Below are positions 13,401 through 28,400 of a stretch of DNA of 64,000 bases, one piece after another. The DNA is taken from positions 1-64,000 of the forward strand of contig JBEUKZ010000057.1 of assembly GCA_048128005.1 (NCBI GenBank). Direction: 5' to 3'. Numbering within the stretch: the stretch's first letter is position 1; every line of letters begins with the position of its first letter. The position numbers and the translations under genes are program-made. The DNA comes from Veleropilina oligotropha. Taxonomy: Eukaryota. The notes below the pieces were generated by a model. The model was given only the letters and a program-made list of their open reading frames with translations, made no database searches and had not been told where the DNA came from.

Positions 13401-16400
13401 TTTACTTCATATCATTTGAAGTTTATAAAAGATTCCATGTCTTAATTGTTAAATGTATAATAACATTTTATCAGACTGTTTAAAAGTACAGTTTTTGTAA
13501 TGTAATTTTTAAATGTTTTTATTTCTATATCTAGTTTAGACATGTTCTATTCAATGATGCGCTATTGAATTCAAAACATTTCATTTGGTGTTTAATATCT
13601 GAGATATCTTAAATTGTGATTGTTTAATGTGTAAGCTTGGGTAAAACATGTTTTAATATAATTTTCATCATCAAAATTAGCGGCATCGGCAGGTGAGTGG
13701 TTAGCGTGTCAGACTCTCAAAGGTGACAACCGAAGCTGTTAGTTGGTCCTGGGATCGAGACCAGCAGCTGTTAGTTGTTCCTGGGATCGAGACCAGCAGC
13801 TGTTAGTTGTTCCTGGGATCGAGACCAGCAGCTGTTAGTTGTTCCTGGGATCGAGACCAGCAGCTGTTAGTTGTTCCTGGGATCGAGACCAGCAGCTGTT
13901 AGTTGTTCCTGGGATCGAGACCAGCAGCTGTTAGTTGTTCCTGGGATCGAGACCAGCAGCTGTTAGTTGTTCCTGGGATCGAGACCAGCAGCTGTTAGTT
14001 GTTCCTGGGATCGAGACCAGCAGCTGTTAGTTGGTCCTGGGATCGAGACCAGCAGCTGATAGTTGTTCCTGGGATCGAGACCAGCAGCTGTTAGTTGTTC
14101 CTGGGACCGAGACCAGCAGCTGTTAGTTGTTCCTGGGATCGAGACCAGCAGCTGTTAGTTGTTCCTGGGATCGAGACCAGCAGCTGTTAGTTGTTCCTGG
14201 GATCGAGACCAGCAGCTGTTAGTTGTTCCTGGGATCGAGACCAGCAGCTGTTAGTTGTTCCTGGGATCGAGACCAGCAGCTGTTAGTTGTTCCTGGGATC
14301 GAGACCAGCAGCTGTTAGTTGTTCCTGGGATCGAGACCAGCAGCTGTTAGTTGTTCCTGGGATCGAGACCAGCAGCTGTTAGTTGTTCCTGGGATCGAGA
14401 CCAGCAGCTGTTAGTTGGTCCTGGGATCGAGACCAGCAGCTGTTAGTTGTTCCTGGGATCGAGACCAGCAGCTGTTAGTTGTTCCTGGGATCGAGACCAG
14501 CAGCTGTTAGTTGTTCCTGGGATCGAGACCAGCAGCTGTTAGTTGTTCCTGGGATCGAGACCAGCAGCTGTTAGTTGGTCCTGGGATCGAGACCAGCAGC
14601 TGTTAGTTGTTCCTGGGATCGAGACCAGCAGCTGTTAGTTGTTCCTGGGATCGAGACCAGCAGCTGTTAGTTGTTCCTGGGATCGAGACCAGCAGCTGTT
14701 AGTTGGTCCTGGGATCGAGACCAGCAGCTGTTAGTTGTTCCTGGGATCGAGACCAGCAGCTGTTAGTTGGTCCTGGGATCGAGACCAGCAGCTGTTAGTT
14801 GGTCCTGGGATCGAGACCAGCAGCTGTTAGTTGGTCCTGGGATCGAGACCAGCAGCTGTTCATTCTACCACTTAAAGTAATAGAGACGGCATATTCCTAA
14901 TGTATGTCAGTCAGATCAGAGTGAGACCTTAAACCAGGTGTCCCGACTATGATACAGCTGAAAAATTGCCAGAAGTGGTCGTAAAATCATTGTTGCCAAC
15001 CAGCCCATCATCATCAAAATTAACATCAAATCGTATTAGATGGATAATATATTTCAGTTGCAAAAATCATATCGACAAAAATGCCAAGAAAAAGATTCCA
15101 TGAAAGACCAATATTACACAATTCAGAAAATAGCACCTGCTGGCCATAAAGATGTCGAAAAGGTAAGATTAGAACTGCTTCTGACAAATACACAGGTTAC
15201 ATGAGGTAATGTTAAGAACTGCAACACTTCTAACAAATACGCACATAGTTATATATGGCTTTTTAGCTTCGCTGAGAAGTAATCAGTTGAGGTTATCAGA
15301 TGCCACTTCGTCTGACATCTGGCCATCGTCAACTTTTGACTTCAAATGTGAATATCTCCATAACTGTCTGATATCTTTTTTCTAATTTGTCATAAGCCTT
15401 CCATATGATGTTCTGTACATGGCCTGCAAAAATAGTAAAATCTGCATCTCAAGTTTTCTATAATTTAGCTTTTACTAGTTTTAGGACTAATGGAAGATCT
15501 ATTTGTGTGCCAACTTTTGGCTATATAGCTACAACACCCTCTGATAACCTTTTCTCCAATTATTCATGATCATTACTTAATTATGATGGAAAATTAGAAA
15601 AATATACATCCTGGTTTTGCAGAAATTCGAATTGGATTTTACAAAGACAGCTTCCCTACATTGATATGATAATATATAGGAAGTGCTGCCCAAATTTCTA
15701 AAAGTTCTGTGTGGGTCGCTCCGGCAGTCGTGTGGTTTGTTGCAGATTCCGAAAAATCAATGGCTTGATTCCACTGACACGAACAGTAGTGGGTTCGAAC
15801 CTTGGTTGGGATATTGACATTGTTCAAGTTATGAGTCACAGTTGTCCGTAACTGGGTGACCGGGTTTTAATCCCTCGATAATATGTCCTGCTTTCAACCT
15901 AATGATGGTTGGAAATATACAGGACATCAAGCATCGATCCTTTCCTTTCTAAATTTGTGTGACATGCATTTTTTAGGTTGAGAGGACTCTAAGACTTGTA
16001 TTGTCCCCTTTGCCTTCATTATCACATCACACAAGGACACACTCAAACTGGAGTTTTAACATTATGACTAAGTGTAGTTTGTTAAACTTATAAATTATCT
16101 TACATTTAAATCAGATTTATATGTTCAAGTTTGTCTTCTGTTACTATAAATACATATTGTTATGCTGATCGGACCATGTGTGGATATGAGCCGCTGATCG
16201 GACCATGTGTGGATATGAGCCGCTGATCGGACCATGTGTGGATATGGGCCGCTGATCGGACCATGTGGGATATGAGCCGCTGATCGGACCATGTGTGGAT
16301 ATGAGCCGCTGATCATGATCGGACCATGCGTGGATATGAGCCGCTGATCGGACCATGCGTGGATATGAGCCGCTGATCGGACCATGAGTGGATATGAGCC

Positions 16401-19400
16401 GCTGATCAGACCATGTGGGATATGAGCCGCTGATCGGACCATGTGTGGATATGAGCCGCTGATCGGACCATGCGTGGATATGAGCCGCTGATCGGACCAT
16501 GTGTGGATATGAGCCGCTGATCGGACCATGTGTGGATATGAGCCGCTGATCAGACCATGTGGGATATGAGCCGCTGATCGGACCATGCGTGGATATGAGC
16601 CGCTGATCAGACCATGTGTGGATATGAGCAGCTGATCGGACCATGTGTGGATATGAGCCGCTGATCGGACCATGTGTGGATATGAGCCGCTGATCGGACC
16701 ATGTGTGGATATGAGCCGCTGATCGGACCATGCGTGGATATGAGCTGCTGATCGGACCATGTGTGGATATGAGCCGCTGATCGGACCATGTGTGGATATG
16801 AGCCGCTGATCGGACCATGTGTGGATATGAGCCGCTGATCGGACCATGTGTGGATATGAGCCGCTGATCGGACCATGCGTGGATATGAGCTGCTGATCGG
16901 ACCATGTGTGGATATGAGCCGCTGATCGGACCATGTGTGGATATGAGCCGCTGATCGGACCATGTGTGGATATGAGCCGCTGATCGGACCATGTGTGGAT
17001 ATGAGCCGCTGATCGGACCATGTGTGGATATGAGCCGCTGATCGGACCATGTGTGGATATGAGCCGCTGATCAGACCATGTGTGGATATGGGCCGCTGAT
17101 CAGACCATGTGTGGATATGAGCTGCTGATCAGACCATGTGTGGATATGACCCGCTGATCGGACCATGTGTGGATATGGGCCGCTGATCGGACCATGTGTG
17201 GATATGAGCCGCTGATCGGACCATGTGTGGATATGAGCCGCTGATCAGACCATGTGTGGATATGAGCGGCTGATCGGACCATGTGTGGATATGAGCCGCT
17301 GATCGGACCATGTGTGGATATGAGCCGCTGATCGGACCATGCGTGGATATGAGCCGCTGATCGGACCATGCGTGGATATGAGCCGCTGATCAGACCATGC
17401 GTGGATATGAGCCGCTGATCGGACCATGTGTGGATATGAGCCGCTGATCGGACCATGTGTGGATATGAGCCGCTGATCGGACCATGTGTGGATATGAGCC
17501 GCTGATCGGACCATGTGTGGATATGAGCCGCTGATCGGACCATGTGTGGATATGAGCCGCTGATCAGACCATGCGTGGATATGAGCCGCTGATCGGACCA
17601 TGTGTGGATATGACCCGCTGATCGGACCATGTGTGGATATGGGCCGCTGATCGGACCATGTGTGGATATGAGCCGCTGATCGGACCATGTGTGGATATGA
17701 GCCGCTGATCAGACCATGTGGGATATGAGCCGCTGATCGGACCATGTGTGGATATGAGCCGCTGATCGGACCATGTGTGGATATGAGCCGCTGATCGGAC
17801 CATGTGTGGATATGAGCCGCTGATCGGACCATGCGTGGATATGAGCCGCTGATCGGACCATGTGTGGATATGGGCCGCTGATCAGACCATGTGGGATATG
17901 AGCCGCTGATCGGACCATGCGTGGATATGAGCCGCTGATCGGACCATGTGTGGATATGAGCCGCTGATCAGACCATGTGGGATATGAGCCGCTGATCGGA
18001 CCATGTGTGGATATGAGCCGCTGATCGGACCATGTGTGGATATGAGCCGCTGATCGGACCATGTGTGGATATGAGCCGCTGATCGGACCATGTGTGGATA
18101 TGAGCCGCTGATCGGACCATGTGTGGATATGAGCCGCTGATCGGACCATGTGTGGATATGAGCTGCTGATCGGACCATGTGTGGATATGGGCCGCTGATC
18201 GGACCATGTGTGGATATGAGCCGCTGATCGGACCATGTGTGGATATGAGCCGCTGATCAGACCATGTGGGATATGAGCCGCTGATCGGACCATGTGTGGA
18301 TATGAGCCGCTGATCGGACCATGTGTGGATATGAGCCGCTGATCGGACCATGTGTGGATATGAGCCGCTGATCGGACCATGTGTGGATATGACCCGCTGA
18401 TCGGACCATGCGTGGATATGAGCCGCTGATCGGACCATGCGTGGATATGAGCCGCTGATCGGACCATGTGTGGATATGAGCCGCTGATCGGACCATGTGT
18501 GGATATGAGCCGCTGATCGGACCATGTGTGGATATGAGCTGCTGATCGGACCATGTGTGGATATGGGCCGCTGATCGGACCATGTGTGGATATGAGCCGC
18601 TGATCGGACCATGCGTGGATATGAGCCGCTGATCGGACCATGCGTGGATATGAGCCGCTGATCGGACCATGCGTGGATATGGGCCGCTGATCAGACCATG
18701 TGTGGATATGAGCCGCTGATCGGACCATGTGTGGATATGAGCCGCTGATCAGACCATGTGTGGATATGAGCCGCTGATCGGACCATGTGTGGATATGAGC
18801 CGCTGATCGGACCATGTGTGGATATGAGCCGCTGATCGGACCATGCGTGGATATGAGCCGCTGATCGGACCATGTGGGATATGAGCCGCTGATCGGACCA
18901 TGTGTGGATATGAGCCGCTGATCGGACCATGTGTGGATATGAGCCGCTGATCGGACCATGCGTGGATATGAGCTGCTGATCGGACCATGCGTGGATATGA
19001 GCGGCTGATCGGACCATGTGTGGATATGGGCCGCTGATCGGACCATGTGTGGATATGGGCCGCTGATCAGACCATGCGTGGATATGAGCCGCTGATCGGA
19101 CCATGCGTGGATATGAGCGGCTGATCGGACCATGTGTGGATATGGGCCGCTGATCGGACCATGTGTGGATATGGGCCGCTGATCAGACCATGTGTGGATA
19201 TGAGCCGCTGATCGGACCATGTGTGGATATGAGCCGCTGATCGGACCATGCATGGATATGAGCCGCTGATCGGACCATGTGGGATATGAGCCGCTGATCG
19301 GACCATGTGTGGATATGAGCCGCTGATCGGACCATGTGTGGATATGAGCCGCTGATCGGACCATGCGTGGATATGAGCCGCTGATCGGACCATGTGGGGA

Positions 19401-22400
19401 TATGAGCCGCTGATCGGACCATGCGTGGATATGAGCCGCTGATCGGACCATGCGTGGATATGAGCCGCTGATCGGACCATGCGTGGATATGAGCCGCTGA
19501 TCGGACCATGTGGGATATGAGCCGCTGATCGGACCATGCGTGGATATGAGCCGCTGATCGGACCATGTGTGGATATGAGCCGCTGATCGGACCATGTGTG
19601 GATATGAGCCGCTGATCAGACCATGTGTGGATATGAGCCGCTGATCGGACCATGTGTGGATATGAGCCGCTGATCGGACCATGCGTGGATATGAGCCGCT
19701 GATCGGACCATGTGGGATATGAGCCGCTGATCGGACCATGTGTGGATATGAGCCGCTGATCGGACCATGTGTGGATATGAGCCGCTGATCGGACCATGCG
19801 TGGATATGAGCCGCTGATCGGACCATGTGGGATATGAGCCGCTGATCGGACCATGCGTGGATATGAGCCGCTGATCGGACCATGTGTGGATATGAGCCGC
19901 TGATCGGACCATGTGTGGATATGAGCCGCTGATCGGAACATGCGTGGATATGAGCCGCTGATCGGACCATGCGTGGATATGAGCCGCTGATCGGACCATG
20001 CGTGGATATGAGCCGCTGATCGGACCATGCGTGGATATGGGCCGCTGATCATACCATGCGTGGATATGAGCTGCTGATCGGACCATGTGTGGATATGAGC
20101 CGCTGATCGGACCATGTGTGGATATGAGCCGCTGATCAGACCATGCGTGGATATGAGCCGCTGATCAGACCATGTGTGGATATGAGCCGCTGATCGGACC
20201 ATGTGTGGATATGAGCCGCTGATCGGACCATGCGTGGATATGAGCCGCTGATCGGACCATGTGGGATATGAGCCGCTGATCGGACCATGCGTGGATATGA
20301 GCCGCTGATCGGACCATGTGTGGATATGAGCCGCTGATCGGACCATGTGTGGATATGAGCCGCTGATCGGACCATGCGTGGATATGAGCCGCTGATCGGA
20401 CCATGCGTGGATATGGGCCGCTGATCGGACCATGCGTGGATATGAGCCGCTGATCGGACCATGTGTGGATATGAGCCGCTGATCGGACCATGTGTGGATA
20501 TGAGCCGCTGATCGGACCATGTGTGGATATGAGCCGCTGATCAGACCATGCGTGGATATGAGCCGCTGATCAGACCATGTGTGGATATGAGCCGCTGATC
20601 GGACCATGTGTGGATATGAGCCGCTGATCGGACCATGCGTGGATATGAGCCGCTGATCGGACCATGTGTGGATATGAGCCGCTGATCGGACCATGTGTGG
20701 ATATGAGCCGCTGATCGGACCATGCGTGGATATGAGCCGCTAATCGGACCATGTGTGGATATGAGCCGCTGATCGGACCATGCGTGGATATGGGCCGCTG
20801 ATCGGACCATGCGTGGATATGAGCCGCTGATCGGACCATGCGTGGATATGAGCCGCTGATCGGACCATGCGTGGATATGAGCCGCTGATCGGACCATGCG
20901 TGGATGTGGGCCGCTGATCGGACCATGTGTGGATGTGGGCCGCTGATCAGACCATGTGGGATATGAGCCGCTGATCAGACCATGTGTGGATATGAGCCGC
21001 TGATCGGACCATGTGTGGATATGAGCCGCTGATCGGACCATGCGTGGATATGAGCCGCTGATCGGACCATGTGGGATATGAGCCGCTGATCGGACCATGT
21101 GTGGATATGAGCCGCTGATCGGACCATGTGTGGATATGAGCCGCTGATCGGACCATGTGTGGATATGAGCTGCTGATCGGACCATGCGTGGATATGAGCG
21201 GCTGATCGGACCATGTGTGGATATGGGCCGCTGATCGGACCATGTGTGGATATGGGCCGCTGATCAGACCATGTGTGGATATGAGCCGCTGATCGGACCA
21301 TGTGTGGATATGAGCCACTGATCGGACCATGCGTGGATATGAGCCGCTGATCGGACCATGTGGGATATGAGCCGCTGATCGGACCATGTGTGGATATGAG
21401 CCGCTGATCGGACCATGTGTGGATATGAGCGGCTGATCAGACCATGTGTGGATATGAGCGGCTGATCGGACCATGTGTGGATATGAGCCGCTGATCGGAC
21501 CATGTGTGGATATGAGCCGCTGATCGGACCATGTGTGGATATGAGCGGCTGATCGGACCATGTGTGGATATGAGCCGCTGATCGGACCATGTGTGGATAT
21601 GAGCCGCTGATCGGACCATGTGTGGATATGAGCCGCTGATCGGACCATGTGGGATATGAGCCGCTGATCGGACCATGCGTGGATATGAGCCGCTGATCGG
21701 ACCATGTGGGATATGAGCGGCTGATCGGACCATGTGTGGATATGGGCCGCTGATCGGACCATGTGGGATATGAGCCGCTGATCGGACCATGTGTGGATAT
21801 GAGCCGCTGATCGGACCATGTGTGGATATGAGCCGCTGATCAGACCATGTGTGGATATGAGCCGCTGATCGGACCATGCGTGGATATGAGCCGCTGATCA
21901 GACCATGTGTGGATATGAGCCGCTGATCGGACCATGTGTGGATATGAGCCGCTGATCGGACCATGTGTGGATATGAGCCGCTGATCGGACCATGTGTGGA
22001 TATGAGCTGCTGATCAGACCATGTGTGGATATGAGCCGCTGATCAGACCATGTGTGATATGAGCCGCTGATCGGACCATGCGTGGATATGAGCCGCTGAT
22101 CGGACCATGTGTGGATATGGGCCGCTGATCAGACCATGCGTGGATATGAGCTGCTGATCAGACCATGTGTGGATATGAGCCGCTGATCGGACCATGTGGG
22201 ATATGAGCCGCTGATCGGACCATGTGTGGATATGAGCCGCTGATCGGACCATGTGTGGATATGGGCCGCTGATCAGACCATGTGTGGATATGAGCCGCTG
22301 ATCGGACCATGCGTGGATATGAGCCGCTGATCGGACCATGTGTGGATATGAGCCGCTGATCGGACCATGTGTGGATATGAGCCGCTGATCGGACCATGTG

Positions 22401-25400
22401 GGATATGAGCTGCTGATCGGACCATGCGTGGATATGGGCCGCTGATCGGACCATGCGTGGATATGAGCCGCTGATCGGACCATGCGTGGATATGAGCCGC
22501 TGATCGGACCATGTGTGGATATGAGCCGCTGATCGGACCATGTGTGGATATGAGCCGCTGATCAGACCATGTGTGGATATGAGCCGCTGATCGGACCATG
22601 TGTGGATATGAGCTGCTGATCAGACCATGTGTGGATATGAGCCGCTGATCAGACCATGCGTGGATATGAGCCGCTGATCGGACCATGCGTGGATATGAGC
22701 CGCTGATCGGACCATGTGTGGATGTGAGCCGCTGATCGGACCATGTGTGGATATGAGCCGCTGATCGGACCATGTGTGGATGTGAGCCGCTGATCGGACC
22801 ATGTGTGGATATGAGCCGCTCTCCCACAGTCGTGTGGTTTTGGTTGCAGACTCTGAAATCACAGTAGTGGGTTCGAATCTCAGTTTGAACATGACAGTAT
22901 TTGTTCAGTTATGAATCACCATTGTTAGTAACTGATCAGAGAGGGCGAGTTTCCCCAGGCGACCGGGTTTTCCTCTTGCGATAATATAGACTGCTTTGAA
23001 CCTGATTGTTGTAAATATACAGGACATTAAGCATGGTCCAATCCGACCCATGTGTGGATGGTAATCTATTGGTTTCAATGAATTTTATACTCGATCGTAA
23101 CTACAAAGGGCTGACAACTGGCACAGCTATATGGTAACTCATGGTGTACAGCAAACACTTTTCATTTCAGGTTCAATCCAAGTATTTAAAGGCAGAACAA
23201 AGCATGGAATCAGCTGGTAGGTGATATCCTTATATTTAAACGTAATGAAGTACTATAAGGAGTTGAGTGAAAGGTTTCTTTACAATTATTGCAGCACACG
23301 CCTTCATTCAATATAAGTTGCTGTATTCTGTAGATACCACCTACAAGAACTCAGTTCTAACACTGTATTCCTTAGATACCACCTACAAGAACTCAGTTCT
23401 GACACTCGAGGAGGCCAGAGCATCATGGGAACTGGAAATGGCGGCAGGTTGCGAGGTATGTGGTCATCAACGCCAGGAATTCGCGTGTGTGGTAGTTGTA
23501 TGTAAATATGGAATATTCATGAGAGATGCGAGTTGATCGATCTGGTTACGACAGTATGCTTGACAGAGGAGCAGTTACCGCAAATTAAGATCCAGCCTTT
23601 CACTTATTTTTTATTTGAATTTTGATTAGAGAATGGTAAAAACACATTATTTTATCAAAATAGACAACTGTTAATTTATTTCTGGATTAAGTATGTAGTT
23701 GGTAGATATAATTAGTTTTGGTTAAATTATGATCCTAATTTGGTATTTCTGTATTTTGTGCAGACATTCCAAAATCTTGAAGAGCGGCGAATCAACTTTC
23801 TGCGAGAACAGATGTGGATATTAACGAATATCGCTTCAACAGCATGTGTATCAGTGGATGATGTAAGTGCATTGCACTGCTTGTGTGTCGATTAGTGCAG
23901 TTAGCATTTTGAACATGGTATCAGCAGCAAGTTATAAAACGTATTTAGAAATTAAATGACTGCATTTGAAATTGGTCTTCCAAAATACATGGTTGGGCAG
24001 TATTGCATATTATGGAATAATTTTCAGTACAAAGAGAGAGTCGAACACTTTTCCTTTACAAAACAGGCATTAATCATTAATTTATAATGAACATAAGTCA
24101 TTATTTCCTTTTCAGAGTTGTGAAACATTACGGAAAACTTTAGAGAAATGCAACATTGATACTGATATACATTTGTTTATAGAACAAAACAAATCCGGAA
24201 CAGAGAGGCCAGGTATGATTACATGGTATCCAGATGTTCTAGTAGATAATTTGTGTCATAGTTTAAGTTATTATTTTGTACATGTACCAGCTTTGCTACA
24301 ATTGATCAACTGTAACAATTAACTGATGCCATGAAACCTTGTTGTTATTTCCAATATGTGGATAATCTCTGATTATAATCAGGGTTCTCCCCGACCACTT
24401 ATAGTGTGGCGGAGCCGCCACGGTATCATCTGCGTGCGCCACGTATCGTCTGGGTTCTCCCCCGACTACTTATAGTGTGGCGGAGCCACCACGGTATCAT
24501 CTGCGTGCGCCACGTATCGTCTGGGTGAGTCTGGGTCCGCCATACTTCAATTTATATCCGCCACCTTATGTTTTTTGGTAATTTACTTTTGTCAGTGCTT
24601 ATAATTCGAAGTATCAGGTACATAATCCCTTTAATTGATTGGTTTAATTACCTTACAGCTTTTCAATTAACAATGCTGTAAATAGTCAACAATCGCGAAA
24701 CAATACTGGCGCATGAACGCTTACTGTCTATTGCGACATCCATTGTTTATCCAGTAGGCCTATGTCGCTTGTCCGAGTGGCTCGTAGCTTGTTTACTCGA
24801 TATGGGGAACAGTGCACTAATTGAATTCATAAAGACATCAACTTGTCCTTTATTTGTATAAACATTCAATTCTGTTCAGTTAAAAGTTTTTGTCTCTGGC
24901 TGTCACCGCAAACGGAGCAGCGCAATAAAAATAAAGTGAAAGTATCTATAGGCTATTCACCCTGAACCAAGATTGATTTGCTAATACGTCATTGTTAATA
25001 TTTGTTTCAAAAGTAGTATGTAATTATTTTAACAAAATGAAAACATTAACTTCTGAATACAAAATAATAAACAAATTTTTAACATTTCTAACTCAAATCG
25101 AAAAACCCGATTATCGCCGATGTGGTACATCCGGGTACTTTTATCAATTTTAATGGCGTCAAACCGAGCAGAAAGTTGAATTATTTGAACGTCATTTTCT
25201 TCTTTTTTTCTAATAAAGCCGTATTTTGATGTTTAAATGTCGGATATCGAAATCGCGTAGGTATTGGATAATTATCGCTTTTTAAAACCATATATAATAG
25301 CATAAAAAGCTCATTGCAGCGATGTCATAGCCGGTTTGGTGTGCACGTGCGGCGCACAAGCCAACACTATGAGCCCAATCCATGTGCGAAAATTACAAAA

Positions 25401-28400
25401 ACTCATTGAATCCGAGGAGAAATTTTGAGGAGGGTGCATACGTGCTAAACGATTTACAATGTCAGAATCCTACAAAAGTCTTTGTATATGTGCATAATTC
25501 GACAATATTTAATGCTACAATTAGTTTTCTTACCATTCCTATTAATTATGGAGATATAATTTCAATTTTACTGGCAATCCGATTCAGTTTTATTCCACAA
25601 ATGTCGCTGTTGGTCGCCATGTGTACAATACAATAGTCCATTCCAGTACTTTTAATAATTAACAGTGACATTGTCAATTTATGATAACTTTATTTGCAAT
25701 AAAAAATACAATGATTGTAATCAATTTGCAAGGGCGGATGCAGGATTTTGCTAAGGGGGGTCCAACTTTCATAAAATATACTATCAACTCGCCCCACGCG
25801 AAAGAAAATTTTGCCAATCAACAGCATGAAACCTCCTCTCCTGCACTCTGACAGGGGAAAAGCGAGATTTCTTACCAACATTTATGAACCATTTTCACTA
25901 AAATGTATGGGTAATTTTCATTTTTGTCACAATCTAACACATTGAGTTTTTTAATGGCCAAGGCAAAAGGGCACTTGGTCCGTTAAGGGGGGTCCGACCC
26001 CCATGGACCCCCCTGGATCTGCCTCTGATTTGGGTATATTGTTAACTTGGTTGCATAAATAAAGTAACTCAGATAAGGAAATAATATTAAATAACGTATG
26101 TCCTGGCGAGAACTGTCGTGTTTCATAATGACATGATACTACATTATACATTTTTCATTTCTTTAGTGTACAATATAAAAATAAATGTTCTTTTCTTCAT
26201 TTGTCTTTGTGTCTTTTACATGTACATTATTTTAATGGCATATTTCATCTGAATTAGGCATTAAGGGGACGTACCATACATGATACTAATATGAATTAAA
26301 TTGTTTGAACACAATTATAAAAATTGCATAATATATATAAGTATATCTGATCTCCTTAATGCAGGTGTCATATGTATAAATATATATATCGGGTGGCCAA
26401 TAAAAAACTTCCCGAACTTTAAAGGTTAATAACTTTGCATCTAACCACTATGTTGTCATGAAACTTCAAACAATTCATATATTTGATGTTTTTAATATTT
26501 GCTGAAAGTTTCAAGTCTCTATGTCACATATTTTTTCTGCAGTCGGATAATTGAAAACAAAAGTCATAAACAGCAATGGCAGACAATAGTCAATAGTTGT
26601 CATTTGTGACACTGACAAGATATACGTGCGGTGTTATGGATGGCAGCCTTCATTCAATTGTAAATAGCATGTTTTTATCTGTCTGGCATGTACGTGTTGT
26701 TAAAAATTTCAGTCTTGTGTCGAATAGGCTGGGAGCTTGATGTTTTCTTTCTTGGTTATATTATTATAACATGGTATTTAATCAGAGTGATAAATAAAGC
26801 AGTTATTAAGGCATGTTTCAAGGAAAAGGGCTGGTGTGGTGTGGGGATTATAAGGGAATTCCCTGATAAAAAGTGGAATGTGCGAACAGTCAACCTCCTT
26901 AGAGAATAAGGACTTCAGGTTCTACCTGTAGAAAACAAGGTAGTGGAAGGCCAAGAACCGCAAATACTGAAACAAATAAGGTTTACATGGAAGAAGCAAT
27001 TGTGTCGCAGGAGGACAAACCAGGGACTCATGTCTCAGCGGAAAATTGCAAAGATCTGGGAATTTCACGCTCATCAGTTCAGAACATTACTAAAGAATTG
27101 GAATTAAAATCTTTCAAACGCTTAAAATTTTCACGGCGGGATAAAATAGTCAAACAAAAAAGGAAGACCAGTTCAAAAAGGTTATACAGCAGGTATTCCA
27201 AACAGGATGCGAATAGACTTGTCTTTACGGACGAGAAAGACTTCACGTATGAGGTGGCGCGTAACCGCCAAAACGATAGGGTGTACGGCAGGATGAAAGG
27301 GGATATATCCACCACAAGACTGTACCATGAAACATCAAGGTTTACCAAGAAAATAATGGTTTCTGCAGTGGTATCGTGGAATGGGAAAACGAAGCTTCAC
27401 TTTATTGATACCAAAAAAGTGAAAGTTGACTCTGAGACTTATCAAAAACTATTGGAAAAGGGACTCTTGCCTGATTGCCGTCAGCGCTATCCTGATGGAA
27501 GTTTTGTTTGCCAACAGGATGGGGTAACTTCGCACACAAGTAGGTCTATGCAAGCCTTCTTGGGTCAGTCGGTGGATGAGTTCATAAAAAAAGACGAGTG
27601 GCCACCCCAAAGTCCAGACCTTAACCCAATGGACTATTCCATATGGAATAGTCTGTCAGAGAAAGTGTACGAAGGACGTACAGATGTGTTTAATTAATGT
27701 GAGCTAAAAAAGAGGCTGAAGAAATGCTGGGACAAAATATTTCTTAGAGAGGTTAGAAGTACGATATCAAGTTGGAAAAAAAGACTGGTGAACTGGTGCC
27801 TTTTGCATATTTTGATGTTGTGCTGTGATTATTAACAGAGTTAATTCCCTTGCTTTAAATTCATTAACAAATGTTTTTCGGAGTATATCTCATAAAGTGC
27901 TTGACTTATCTTTACGAAACTTGGTGGGTGTATTCAGTCATTGGTTAACTGGTGCCTTTTCATAATTTTGATGTTGTGCGGTGATTTAAGACAGAGTTAA
28001 TGCCCTTGTTATTTATATTTTCTGGAGCATATCTCTTAAATCGCTTGACTTTTCCTTACGAATCAATAGTTGTAACCAGTACATGTTGTAGTTGATTAAC
28101 TGGTGCCTTTCGCCAATATGGATGTTGTGCTGCGATTATTGACAGAGTTATTTCACTTGTTATTACTTAAAACACTGATATTGCGCGTACTGGTATCCTA
28201 TTGTAGTTTCAAGAATGTACAGCATATAGTAATTGTGAATGGACCATTGTGGGGATATTGATAGCTCTGTCTTCTTGCTTCTTGAACTTAGATGCGCCGA
28301 TGTAGTTGAAATTAGAACAAATGATCTTTTGGACTTGGTCTTTTAAACCGCTGTAACGATTATTGACAAAGTTATTGTCCTTTTACTATTTTAAAATTTG

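Noticed and set aside
16164..22820. 29- and 32-bp repeats as CRISPR arrays
   Set aside because: Units are head-to-tail with no unique spacers, there are no cas genes, and the context is a eukaryotic intron.
24380..25700. Defined hAT-like element starting CAGGGTTCTCCCC
   Set aside because: The left end is shared with 12438, but no matching right TIR or TSD was found, so the boundaries cannot be supported.
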